Source of the DNA: Scenedesmus sp. PABB004 | Lineage: Eukaryota | Assembly: GCA_014905635.1 (NCBI GenBank) | Contig: JABVCE010000020.1 | Coordinates: 558,001-622,000, forward strand | DNA length: 64,000 bases | Reading direction: 5' to 3' | Part shown: piece by piece, positions 46,501 through 58,700 of the stretch | How positions within the stretch are numbered: the stretch's first letter is position 1 | How the letters are laid out: every line of letters starts with the position of its first letter | Program-made: the position numbers and the translations under genes | Notes under the pieces: model-generated | Database searches by the model: none | Told to the model about the DNA's origin: nothing | What the model saw: the letters and a program-made list of their open reading frames with translations, nothing else

Positions 46501-49172
46501 TCCCGCACCGCCGCGGCAGCCGCCGCCGCGGCGCTCTCCGCCGCCACGGCCGCGGCCGCGGCCGCCTCCTGCGCGGCGGCCGTGGCGGGCGTCGCCGGCG
46601 CGCCAGGCGGCTTCCCCCAAGCCGCCTGCAGGCAGGCAGGCGCGGGCGAGGCCGCGGCCACGCAGTCGTCCAGCTCCGCAGCGTCGACGTACGACGGCGG
46701 CCCGCGCGGCGCGACGCCCGGGCGCCGAGCGGGCGCGGGCGCGCCCGCCGCGCTCCCGCCCGCCCGGCGCCGCAGCTTCGCCGCCGCCTCGGCCGCTGCC
46801 AGCTGATCCATCTCCTGCTGCAGCGCCGCCTCCTCCGCATCGATTGCAGCCAGGCGCTGCTCGAGCGCCGCCGCCTGCTCCGACGCCGCCGCCTGCGCAG
46901 GCCCGGACGCCGCCGCGGCGCCGGGCTCCTCGTCGGCTGCAGCGCCATCCTGCGGCTGCTCTGGCGCCGACGAGGGCGCCGGCGCGGCCCGCTCCAGGCC
47001 CGAGCCGTCGCTGGCGGCGGTCGAGTCGGCGTCGCCGCCGCCGACCGCGGCCGCCGCCGCAGCCGCCGCCGCGAGCGCGCCCCAGCGCCGCCCGCTCGCG
47101 CTGCGGCTGGCGCGCCTGGACTCGCGAAGGCGGGCGAGGCCGTGCGACGACGTGCGCCCCCAGGCCCGCACCGACTGAGGCTGCTCCTGCTCCAGCTCCT
47201 GCAGCAGCTGGCTGGTGTCCACGCCCAGCGCCGCGCCCCCGGCGCCCGCCAGCCAGGTGGGCAGCGCCGCGCCGCTGGCCTCCTGGCTCGCGGCCAGCGA
47301 GAGGCTGGCGAGCGACCCGCCGCGGGCGTCGACAAACTCTGCGCCGTCGTCGCTGGGCCCGGCCGCGGGCTGCAGCTGCATGCTCGCCAGCAGCTCGGGC
47401 ACGCCCGCGCGCGTCAGGTCCCAGCTCTGCGCCAGCTCGCCGCCCAGCAGCTCCAGGCTCTGCCCGACGTCCTGCGCCAGCAGCTGGCGCGCGAGGCCTT
47501 CTCCCAGGCCCAGGCTGGCCTGTGGACCGGCCACGCGCTGCGCACCGCCAGGCCAGCCCGCCGGCGTGTGCGCCGGAAGCGGTGCCGGCGCGCGCGCCAG
47601 TGGCGTGGCCGTCGCCTCGCCGGCCGACGCGCAGCTGCCGCAGCTCGGCGAGCCCGCCGCCGCCGCCGCCGCCGGCTCCGGCAGCGGGCCCACGTCAATC
47701 TGCCGTGCCTCGGGCTGCTGCGGCGAGTCAGCAGCGGCGCCGGGCCGCGGCGTGCGGCAGGGCCCCCGCACCGAGCCCGCGCAGCTGTCGTCGTCGCCGT
47801 CCGCCGCGCCTTCGCTGCCGGACAGCCACTCGCTCAGCGCCTCGCTGCACGCGGCTGAGTCGTGCAGCACGGGCCCGACCAGCCCTGCCAGCGCCTCCAC
47901 CTGCTGCTGGCGCCGCTGCGGCGTGCCCTGCTCCTGGAGGCGGCGCAGCCGCGCCTCCAGCTGCTGCTCCAGCTCGTCCTGGTGCAGCTGCGCCTGCTCC
48001 AGGGGCTGCTCGCTGAGCTGCAGCTGCCGCCGCGCGTGGCCCTGCTCGTCGCCCTGCCGCGACTGCCAGAAGCGCTGCAGCTCCTGGTAGGACAGCCGCG
48101 GCTCCTGCACGCCGCCGCCGCTGCTGCTGGGCCGCTGCGCGGCGGCCTGCGGCTGACGCGCGGCCGCCGCCGCGGCGGCGCGCGGCGACGCCAGCAGCGA
48201 GCCGACGTGCGAGGCGGAGAGCTCCGTGAAGGCCGCCTCGCTTGGCGAGAACAGCAGCGAGTGCAGCTGCTGGCGCTGCCGCGCCGCCTCGTCGGCCTCC
48301 GCCGGCGGCCGCGGCGTGGTGGTGGTGGACGCGCCCGCCGGCGGCAAGGGCCATCGCTGCTGCTGCTGCTGCTGCTGCTGTGGCGTCGCGGCCGGCGCGC
48401 GGTCGCCGGCAGCCGCCAGCGGCGTCACCGCCGCCGCACCGAGCGGCGTGGCCGCCGGCAGCCCCGGCGCGGCGAGCGGCGGGCTGAGCTCCACGTCCGG
48501 CATCGCCTCCGGCAGCTCGCCCCCAAACGCCAGCCAAGTGCTGCTCGCACCCGTGGCGGGCGTGGCGCCGGCACCACCCGTGGTGGGCGTGGCTCCAGCG
48601 CCGCCTCCGCGCCGCGCCGCGCTCGCCGCGCCGGCGACGCAGCTGCTCGCGCTGGTGCGCTGCAGGCTGCCGCGCCGCGCGCCGGGCGGCGGCCGCGCGG
48701 CGCCGCGGCCGGGCGCCGGGTGCGGCGCCTGCGCCGCCGCCCAGCCGCCGACCGACGCCTCCGCGCTGCAGCTGCTCTCGCTGCTCGCCTGCAGCCGGAA
48801 CGGCAGAGGCCTGATCGCGCCGCCGTCGTCGTCCTCCTCCGCCGCCTCGGCTGCCTCGGCCGCCGCCGGCGCCGCGACCGCCGGCGCGCCGCTCGTGCCG
48901 GCGCCGCCGCCGGCGCCCGCGGCCGCCGCGTCGCGCAGCGCGGCGAGCACCGGCTGGACGACCGCCTGCTTGTCCAGCATCACGTCGACCGCCGCGAGGA
49001 AGAGCGACGAGCCCGGGCCGCCGGCCGCGAAGCCGCGCACGTCGCGCAGCAGCGAGAGCGCCGCCTCCACGCCCTGGATGCCGGGCGTGGAGAGGCGGGC
49101 GAAGGCCGGGTGGTCCGCGTGCGCCGCCAGCGCCGACGCCGCGAGGGCCGTGACCTCCGCCGCGCACGCCAT
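40525..49172 (-). CDS. Very large low-complexity protein with two C-terminal calponin-homology (CH)-like domains
   Basis: A first exon of about 6 kb from ATG 49172, then spliced exons DVASWLARL..IRNGLLLCCVAAALTG..ARYNL and LLAWLQELGL..LCSGVLLCEVAAAV..ANVALAVEAVR..LLAGE, which fit the CH-domain pattern. Confidence 0.72.
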
Positions 49173-49566
49173 CGGCTCGCGGCGCGCCAGCTGCTGTTTT
49201 TGCGCGCGAGCGCGTCGCGGCGGCAGCTGGGAGCGACGGACCGGCGCCGGCCGGCCGCAGGGCGGCGGCGTTTCGTCGTGCGGACCGCTGGAGACTGAAT
49301 TCCACTGGCGGCGGTGAAGCCCGGCGTATTCGCACTCAACCGCCGCCGTCACATCGCTCGGGGGGCTCCGCTGCTGTCCGAAAGCAGCTCCCCGCCCGAG
49401 CGTTGTGCGAAAGCAGCTTTCGCGGCGGCTCCCGTGCACGCCCTCCCCCCGATCCCAGCGCGCCGCCGCGGCACCCGCAGCAGCGCCGCAGCAGCAGCGC
49501 CGCAGCAGCAGCGCCGCAGCAGCAGCGCCCCGGCAAGCCGCAGCTGCTAGCAGCAGCGCCGCCGCG

Positions 49567-50617
49567 ATGGACCTGGCCGTGATCCTGCCGCTGGCGGCGC
49601 TGCTGCTGCTGCAGGCCCTGTTCTCGCTGCTGCTGCTCGCGCCGCGCGCGATTTCGAAGCACGCCGCGGCGGCGCTCGGCCAGGCGCGGTCGTCGCCGGT
49701 CGTATCGACAGTTCTCTCAACGCTCGCGGTTGCGGTCGCCGCCATGACCGGCGCGGCGCTGCTGCAGCTGCTCGGCGTGCGGCAGAGCATCGCGGCGAGC
49801 CAGTTCGGGGACAGGGCGATGGCCTTGACCGTGGAGGAGCTGCGCGCGCTGCTCGCCGTCGTGCTGGGACTCAGCAACCTCGTCGTCCTCTACCTCAACC
49901 GCTCGCTCGCCGCCGAGCAGCAGGCGGCAGACAAGGCCGCGCTCAACCTGGCGGTGCTGCAGAAGCAGGTCGGGGGCTGCCCTGGTCGGGGGCTGCCCTG
50001 AGGGCCCGCCCGCGCCCGCGCGCCGCGCCACGGTGGCGCGCGACGCGCGACGCGCGACGCGCGCCCCGCGCGGCGCGCGCGCCGCCGCCGGCGCGCAGGT
50101 CAAGGGCCTGCAGTCGGAGTACATGCGCGCGACGAGCGCGCCCAACGGCGGGGCGGCGGCCGCGCGCGACGGCGCCGGCGGCGCCAAGGGCGAGGTCAGC
50201 AAGCTCATCGCCGACAAGCACAGGCGCGCGGCGCCCGCCACCTTGCCAGCCGTTCCGGTCCACGCGGGGCCGGCGCGGCAGGGCCGCCGCCGCCGAGCGG
50301 CCCACGTCCCGCGCCGCGCCGCGCGCAGGCTGCAGGAGGCGCTCGAGGCAGCGCAGGCCGACGCCGCGGCGGCGGCCAAGGGCGTCGGCGCGCTGCGCGC
50401 GCAGTCGCAGGCGCGCGCCCCGCGCGCGCGCGCCCCGTGCGCGCGCGGCCGCCCCGCGCCTCCTGCTGACGCCGCCGCCGCGCCCGCCTCGCTCGCCACC
50501 CAGGGCCTCGAGCGCGAGTACGACCGCCTGCTGGCGGAGAACGACGAGCTCAAGCGGCGCCTCTCGCGCGCGGGCGACCCGCAGTACGCGCGCGGCGTGG
50601 ACAAGAAGAGCGCGTGA
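49567..50617 (+). CDS. BAP31/BAP29-like ER membrane protein, 4 exons
   Basis: Three N-terminal TM helices; coiled coil LQKQVKGLQSEY..ALRAQSQGLEREYDRLLAEN; C-terminal KKxx ER retrieval signal (DKKSA*). Confidence 0.9.
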
Positions 50618-50918
50618 GCGTGGGCGTTGATCCGTGTGAGCGTGCGAGCGCTTCAAGAAAAACCCTGAGCCCTGCGGCGGGTGCGGGCGAGCGCCCCAAC
50701 GCGCGCGGCGATGGGGGCCGGGGGCCGTCCCGCCGCCCGCCCATCGTGCCGCCGGCAGCGGGGCCAGCGCACGCGCCTCCCTCTTTGCGCCGCACGCGCG
50801 CGCCGACGACGCGCCGCCGCTGCCACTCCTGCCGCTTGTGAGGGCCGCCGCGCACGCCTGCCAGCCTAGCCACGCGCGCCGACTCACGCACGCCCGCCCC
50901 AGCGCATGCGCGGGGGCC

Positions 50919-53244
50919 ATGGGCGCGGAGGGCCAGGGGCAGCAGCAGTGGCCGACCGCGTGGCCGGCGGGCGCCGCGGCGTACAGCGCCCTGGGCGCCG
51001 CAGAGCCAACTGGAGACTCGCTGACGTCACCTGGCCATTGCGGGAGCCATGCGCCCGCTGACGCCCCGCCGGCGCCGCAGCGGCCGCCGCTGCCAGGCGC
51101 CGCTGCCGAAGCCGGGCTCGCGGCCGCAGAGGCCCCGCCGGGCGCGCTGGGCCCGCTGACGCGACTGCAGCGGTGAGCCGCGCGTGATGGGCCTGGTGGC
51201 GACGGCGGCGGCTGCCACCGCCGCGCTTCGCGGCCGCCCGCGGCGCGCCACCGCCGAGCGTCGCGGCCGCCCGCGGCGCGGCCACCCGGCCCGCCGACGG
51301 CCACCCGGCCCGCCGACGGCCCGCCGACGGCCACCGCCCGGCGCCCGCGGCGCGGCCGCCGCAGCGCGCTCTGGGCGTCGGGCTCGGCCTGCATCCTGCT
51401 AGCGGCCTTCACCTTCTCGCTCAGCACACTCTTCGTCAAGCTCACCGCCGGCCGCGTCCCGGTGCGCCGAGCCGAGGCGCTCAGCCGGCCCGCCAGCCGC
51501 GCGCCCCGACGCAGCGCCGCCCGACCGCGCGCCGCCCCGACGCCGGGCCCGCAGGTCCTGCAGATCACGCTGGCGCGCGCGGCGCTCTCCTACGCAGTCA
51601 GCTGGGGTGCGCGCCGCCCGGGCGCCGCCTGCCCGGCCGCCCGCCACCCGCCGCCCACGCGCGCCGCCGCCGCGCGCCGCCGCCACGTGCCGCCCACGCT
51701 CATCGCCGCCGCGCCGCGCCCGCGGCAGGCGTCATCCGCGGCCGGGGGATCACCCCCATGCTGGGGCGCCGCGAGAACATGCCCTGGATGGTCGCCCGCG
51801 GCGTGTTTGGCGCGGTGCGCGCGCGCGCGCGCCGCCGCGCGGCGCAGCTGCCGCCGCGCGGCGCAGCTGCCGCCGCCGCCCGCGCCGCCGCCCGCGGCTC
51901 CGACCTCTGCCGCGGCGCGCCGCCCGCCCCCGGCTCGTCACCAAAACAACAGGTCGCGATGTGCACCTTTTACTTCTCCATTCTGCTGCTGCCGCTCGCC
52001 GACGCGACGCTGCTCTTCTTTCTCAATCCCTCAATCACAGCCGCCGCCGCGTGGGCGATCAGGCGAGGCGCCCTGCGCGCGGCGCGGCGCGCGGCGGGCC
52101 CGCGCCGCGCCGCGCCCGCGCCCACGCCCGCCGCCGGCACGCGCAGGGGCGAGGCGCTGGGGCTGCTCGGCGTCGCCGGCTGCGGCGTGAGCCTCGGCGG
52201 CATGGTGGTGCTGACGCACCCGCCGATGCTCTTCGGCGGCCACGCCGACTGGGGCCCGCAGCGGCTGTGGGGCACGCTGCTCGGCGTCGCCGCGGCGTTC
52301 AACGCCGCCGGCGCGTTCATCAGCATTCGGTGACCAACGCCGCGCCCGCCGCCCGCCGCGCGCCGCGCGCCGCGCCCGCTGTTATGCCGCGTGCCGCGCC
52401 CGCGCGCCACCCACCACGCGCCCCCGCGCCCGCCGCGGCCGGCACAACTGCCGCTGTCGCGCAGCTTTGTGGGCAAGTCCGAGCCGGCCATCGTGCTCGC
52501 GAGTTACTTCCACGGCTCCACCGTGGTGCTCTCGGCCATCTCCATGGCGCTCGGCTGGCCCGACCGCCCGCGCGCCGTCGGCGGCGCCGACGCCGCGCTG
52601 CTGCTCGGCGTCGCGGCGACGAGCTTCGCGGGCCAGCTCCTCCTCACGAGGGGCTTCCAGCTCGAAAAAGCGAGCCGCGCGGCGGGGCTCAACTTCTCGC
52701 AGGCGCGCGCGCGCGCGCGCCGCGGCGGGGGCGCGGCGCGCGCGGCGTCGGCGCCGCCCGCGCGGACGCGCCGACCGCGCCGCGCGGCGCCGCGCGGCGC
52801 GCCGCGCAGGTGGTCTACTCGTGGGCGTTTGGCGTATGGTTTTTCGGGGAGCCCGTGACGCTGTTTGGGCTGGCTGGCACGGCGCTCATCGCGGGCGGCA
52901 TGTGGGCGGTCACCGCGCGGCCGGCCGCCGCGCAGCCCGGCGCCAAGGCCGACGCCGCGCGGCACGCGGCCGGTTTTGGCGCGGGGTCGCGCGTGTTTGC
53001 GCGCGGCGACGGCAGCTTTGCCGCGCGCGCGGCGAGCTTCCAGCGCCTGCTCGCGCGCGACGCCGACGACGGCTCCGGCGACGGCGCGCCGTCCGCTGCG
53101 CTCCCCGCGCTCGTGGAGCTCCAGCAGCCTCGCCAGAGCGAGGAGGACGGCATGGTGGAGGTGCTGCTGCATGACGGCCCGGCGGCGCCGCGCGCGGGCG
53201 CGGGCGGCGCGCTGCCCGGGTTGTGGGCCGCGCCGCACCGCTGA
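50919..53244 (+). CDS. EamA/DMT (SLC35G-like) transporter, about 8 exons
   Basis: SALGVGSACILLAAFTFSLSTLFVKL; WMVARGVFG; LPLADATLLFFLNP; FAGQLLLTRGFQLEKASRAAGLNFSQVVYSWAFGVWFFGE; about 10 TM segments. Confidence 0.9.
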
Positions 53245-53623
53245 ACCGCACGCCGTTAAGCCCCGGCCCTTTCCGAGCGCCGCGATGCGCCGTGCAGTTG
53301 CCGAGCAGCCTGGCAGCGGCGCCCCCGCGCTCAGGACCAGAGGGACGGACCGCGCAGGCGCGCGCCGCCGCTGCTCCGCCGCCGCCAGCGTGCTGCGTTG
53401 CAGTCCGGATCGCTGGTGCCCCGCTGGCGTGCTGACCCGGCGCTCAAGCCGGCGGGGAGACCGCGAACTCGCTCAGCGAGCGCGCTGGGCAAGCGGCGAC
53501 GCTCTGGTCCGCCGCCGCTGCTCCGCGCGCCGCGCGCCCCGACAGCCCCCCGCCGGAGCGAGGCAGCCGAGGTCTGAGCAGCCCCAACGCGTCTGGCAAG
53601 CCAGAACGCGCACCAGGCGCGCC

Positions 53624-55260
53624 ATGGCGGCGCCGGCGCCCGCCGGCGCCGCTGGCGAGTCGGCGGCCCCCACGCTGGCGCTGCTCGAGCTGCCCGCCGC
53701 CCTCCAGCGGGCGGTGCTGGCGGAGCTCTGGCCCGACGCCCGTGGCGTGGCGGCCGCGGCGGCGGCCTGCCGCGACCTCGCGGCGGTCGGCGACGACCAG
53801 CTGCTCTGGCGCGAGCTGGTCCTCCGGCGGTTTGGCGGTGACGTCGTCCCCGGCATGCGCCCGCCCGCGGAGAGCAGCCAGCCCGCGCAGCTGGAGGGCT
53901 GGGTTTTCCTCCAGGGCCTCGCGCCGGCGGAGCAGCCCGGCGACGCGCGGCGCCCGGGGCTCGACGCGGCCGCGCTCGCCGAGGCGGCCGGCGAGGCGGG
54001 TGCGCCGTGCCGCCGCGCCGCCGTGGCGCGCGGCGCCGTTGCGCGCAGCGCGCAGCCGCCGACACACCCGCGCCCGCACGCGCGCGCAGAGGCGTTCACC
54101 ACCGACGGCCGGCTCGTCGCGGCGCTGCCGCCGCGCGCGGCCTGGCGGCGCGTGAGCTTCCGCCCGGCCGACGGCACCTACGTTCGCGCGGCGGCCGTGG
54201 CTGTCCGCGACCTGCCGCCGCTGGCAGACGACCCCGACGTCAACGGTGATGGATGCGCCGGCGACGCCGCGCGTCGCCGCGCCGCCGGCGCGCGCGCGCG
54301 ACCCGGCAGCGACCGCACACGCGGACGCGCGCACCGCGCCGCGCCCACGCCGCGCCCGCGCCGCGCAGGCCGGCCCTGGCCGCCGGAGGACGTGGCGGGC
54401 TGGACCTACTTTCCGTCGTGCGAGAGTGACGGCTACGTGCTGCACGAGGCCCCCGCCGCGCTCGCCGGCCACGCGAGCCTGCCGGCGCTGCTCGCCGCGG
54501 CGCCGCGGCGCGCGGTCGCGGTCACGACGACGGGTGCGTGCGGCGCGCTCACATGCGCTGCTGCCCCGCGGCCGCGCACGGCGGCGGGGTCCACTCAACC
54601 CGCCCGCCCACGCGCACGCCCGCACGCGCCCACCGCCCTCAGGCGAGACCAAGACCCGGCTCCGCCCCCAGGCCTGCTGGGGGGTCAGCTGCAACTACGA
54701 CTGCGGCCTGTACGTCCGAGACCGCGTCGTCGCGGAGCTCGGCCTCGTGCCCCAGCCGCCAGGTGCGACGGCGCGGCGCGGCGCGGCGCAGCGTGGTGCG
54801 GCGCGGCGCGGCGCGGCGCGGCGCCCAGAAGCGCTCCCTCGCAGTGCCCGACTTTCGCCGCCTCTACGCCGAGCTGCAGCGCCTGCGCGTCGACGCGGCG
54901 CGGCTCGGCGCGACCTGGCTCAACAGTGAGTACCTGGAGCTGCAGCCGGCGGCCGACAGCCCCGCGGACAGCGGGATGGCGCTGATTCTGCACCACGTTT
55001 GGTGGCTGGACGTCTGGGCCAGCATCCCGGGTGCGGGGCGGCGCGGTGGGGGCAGCCCGCACCGCCGACGGCGGCGGCAACCGCCCCGCGTCGCAGGCGG
55101 CGCCTCTGTGAGCGCGTCGCGCCCTCGGCTGCGCGCCCGCGCGCAGGCGTGCCGCCCGGCCGCTACGAGGTCTTGTGGTGCCTCGACGCGACGCGGGGGA
55201 GCGCGGGCCACGATTCGACCGTCACCCTCAAGGCCGAGGCCTCGCCGCTCGCGCCGCCAC

Positions 55261-55297
<37 letters not shown>

Positions 55298-55622
55298 CTC
55301 CGCGGCGCCCAGCGGCGGCAGCGTGGTCGAGGCGGCGGTGCCCTCCGCAGAGATAAAGGAGCTTGGCGACGCGTGCCGCATGCGCGGCGTGGCCTGGGGC
55401 CTGCTCCCGGGCGGCGTGCTGCATGTCGAGGCGTTCAGCCGCGTCGACCTGCGCTTCACGTGCACGCAGAGCTCGTACAAGTACGACCTGCGCTGGGCCT
55501 TTGCGGAGCTGCGCCCGCTCGCGCCCGGGGCGGCGCCGCCGGGCGCGCGGCCGCTCGTTGCGGGCGGCGCAGGCGCGGGGCAGGAGGCGGGCGGTGCGGA
55601 CCAAGTCTGCGCTGTGGCGTGA
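53624..55622 (+). CDS. F-box protein with a duplicated central module and a C-terminal PP2 lectin-like domain
   Basis: F-box LLELPAALQRAVLAEL..ACRDLAAVGDDQLLWREL; PP2-like ARLGATW..ALILHHVWWLDVWASIPGVPPGRYEVLW. Confidence 0.75.
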
Positions 55623-55728
55623 CGCGCCGCCGCGGCAATTGCAGTTGCAACTCTGCTCCCAGTCTGCGCTCGGCGGCGCGCGGACTCGCGCGCGCTGCCT
55701 GCCTCGTGTGCCGCCGCGCCAGTCCCTG

Positions 55729-58700
55729 TCACATCGTGGCGTCGCCGAGGACGAGCCGAAAGTCGTCAAAGCCCCGCTCCAGGTCCAGCTCCCCGCCGGA
55801 CAGCGCCGCCTGGCGGTCGCGCAGCTCCTCTAGCAGCGCCGCCGCCTCGGGGCCGAGCTCGTCCACGCTCGGCGCGGCGCGCGCGTCGTCCTCGTTGGAC
55901 ACGGCCTCGGCCAGGACCTGCGCGCGGCCGGCGGCAGCGTCCGACCGGCGGCGCGTGTGTGCACGGGCCGCGCGCAGCGCGCGAGCCGGGGGCGGCCGCG
56001 CCGCACCTCCAGGTGGCTCTTCTCGGGCCCGCCCTCGAACAGCGCGCGCCAGTAGCGCCCGCCGACCTCCTTGGGCAGGAGCAGCAGCAGCTCGATGAAT
56101 CGCTCCGCGCCGCCGTCGCTCGAACCGCCCCCGCCGCCCGCGACCGCCGCACCGCCCGCGCCGCGCTGGCCGCCGCCCGCCGGCGCCGCGCCCAGGTCGA
56201 CGGTCACCCCTTCAAGGGACCAGCACGCCTCGCTCGGCTTGACGCGCTGCGCCAGCGGCGCGTCGAGCACGCGCCCCGCCCACGCGAGGCGCACGGTGAG
56301 GCGGTCGGGCGCGATCGACACCGCCACGTCGCGCCGCCGCGTGTCGGCGGGCAGCAGCAGGCGCACGTCCAGGTCGGCGGCGCTCTGGCTCCAGGTGAGC
56401 AGCCGGCCGAGGTCGTGCCGCCGCCACGCGCACCGCGCCGCGGCCGCGGCGGGCGAGGGCCCGCTGCTCCACACCTCCCTGCAGACGGCGCCGCCGGGGG
56501 TGGGGAGGGGCGTGAGGTGCGGTGATGAGTTGGGCGCGGTGCCCCCGGCGGGAGCCCCGGCCCCAAACCCTCGACCCTAACCCAAGGGCCGCCCCGGCAC
56601 CTGAGGCCGTCCTCGTCATAGCCGCCGCTGTCGCCACCGGCCAGCGCGTTGCTGCCCGAGCCCGCCGCCGCCGGCCTGGCGCCGCCAGTGCGGCGGCGGC
56701 CGGGCGAGCCGCTGGCCGCCCCGGCGCGCGCGCCGCCGGCGGGCGCCGGGGCGACGGCGGCGCCAGCGCCCGGCTCGGCGGCGGACGGCCCCCCGTCGGC
56801 CCTGGCTGCCGCATGCGGCGCCGCGGCGGGCGCCTGGGGCGCGCCGGCGAGCGACTCCAGCGCGCGCACGGCGGCGCCACCCAGCTGCGACCACACGCCG
56901 CCGCGCGGCGCCTGCGCCGCGCCCAGGCGCTGCATGCGGCGGCAACGATCCAGCGCAGCCAGGAAGGCCTGCGGCGGGGCGGCGCGTGCAGCGCGTGTGG
57001 GCGCCACCGCGTGTGCTGCGTGCGCTCCCCGACCGCGCAGGCGGTCCCCGCACCCACCCACCTGTGCCGCGGCGGCACGCGACCGCGGCTGCTGCGCGGG
57101 CGCCAGCAGCGCCGCGACGACCGCCGCCAGGCCGCTCCCGCTGCGCGCCGCGACCGCGGCCGCGTGCCCCTCCGGCGACGCCGGCGCGGCGGCGCCCGCT
57201 GGCGCGCCGCCGGCTGGCTGCGACGCGCCCACAAACCAGAGCACCTCCGCCGCCGGCGCCGCGTCCATCGCCGCGACCAGGCGCTGCAGCGCCGCGGCCT
57301 GCAGCCCGGCGGCGGCACCCGTCCGGGGCGCGGCGGCGGCGGCGACGCGCAGCAGGCCTGCCAGGCCCACCACCGGGCCTTCCTGCAGCACCTCGCCACG
57401 CAGCTGCGGGCTGGCGAGGCAGAGGCGGCCGTAGAGCGCTTGCGCAGCGGCCAGGACCTCGCGCGAGCCCGCAAAACCCCGCAGCCGCTCCAGGCTGGCG
57501 CTCACGTCGGCGGCGTAGAGCGCGGACGCCGCCGCCCGGCCGCCGCCGTCGCACAGCGCGCACAGCGCGCGCAGCGCGGCGCCCAGCAGCGTTCGCTGCG
57601 GCGACCCGGGCGGCGGCGCGCCCGCGGCGGCGGCGGCGGCCGCCGCCGCCCCCGGCCCGGCCCACGCGGGCGCGTGCGCGCACGCCGGCGCCGCGCGCTC
57701 GGCGCCGCCGCCTGGCGCCACGGCTCGGCAGCTGCAGGGCTCCGCCGGCGCAGGCACGAGGCGGAAGCCGCTCTGGCGGCCGCTCCAGTCCAGCTGCCGC
57801 GCGGCCTGCTGTGGGCTCGCCTCAATCAGCCGCGCCACGAGTGCGTGCAGGCCTGCGCACGGCGGCGGCGGCGCGCTCAGCGGCGGTGCGGCAGGCCGCT
57901 GCAGGCCCCCGCGCGGCCGTTTGCCGCTCACCGCGCGCAACGCCCGGCTCCGCGGCAAGTGCAGCGCCGCACTCGCGCGCCAGCGCGGCGACGCAGTCCA
58001 GGACCACGAACCCCGCCTGGCAGCACGGCGCGGCGCGACGCGCGAGCCCGGGCGCCAGCTGGTCCGCGCCGCAGACGTCCGTGCTCGCGAGCGCCCGCAG
58101 CTGCAGCGTGCAGGCGCTGCACGCAGCCACGGCCGTGTCACCGTCGGGCGGCGCACACGCGCTGCGCCGCCGGGCGGCGGCCGCGAGCGCGCGCTCCAGC
58201 GAGGCCAGCGCGGGTGGGGTGCGGCGGCGGCGGGCGGCTGCAGCGCCGCGGGCGCGTGCACGATGCGGCCAAACAGCTCCAGCAGCAGCCCGGCGGCTGC
58301 GCCCGGGGTGAAGCCGCCGCCCGGCGCGCCACCGCCCTGCCCGGCGTGACGCGCCGTGCAGAGCGCGCAGCTGCGGGGCACCCGGGCGAGCGGCGGCGGC
58401 GAGGGGGACGTGGGCAGCTGCGGGCGCGCGGGGCGCACGCGAGGCTGCAGGCGAGCGCCGCGGCGCTCACTGCGTCGCGAGGGCGGCGAGCGCGGCGACG
58501 CCAGCCGCGCCCAGCCTCTCCAGCCAGGGCGGCTGGCCGGCCGCGGCCGCGGCAGCCGCGATCGGCGCCAAAAGCCCCGGCGGCAGCGCTTGCGCCGCGC
58601 CCGGTCCCGCCAGCGCGGCCGCGGCGACCGCCAGCAGGCGCAGGCACATCACTGCGGCGGCGGCGGCGGGGGGCTGGGCGCGGCGTGGCCCGCGGGCGGC

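Noticed and set aside
42184..47858. Very long + strand ORFs (1540 aa, 949 aa) overlapping the CH-domain gene
   Set aside because: These are antisense shadows of a GC-rich coding exon. Their Cys/Ser or Leu/Arg runs mirror CAG/GAG codons on the real strand.
51270..51340. Three copies of an about 19-bp unit (GGCCACCCGGCCCGCCGAC) in the first EamA intron
   Set aside because: It is a short local slippage repeat with no sign of function.
28720..55622. Two 'phloem protein 2' labelled genes as a functional cluster
   Set aside because: The PP2-A10-like protein shows no PP2 lectin motif and no similarity to the F-box/PP2 protein. Only the name is shared.
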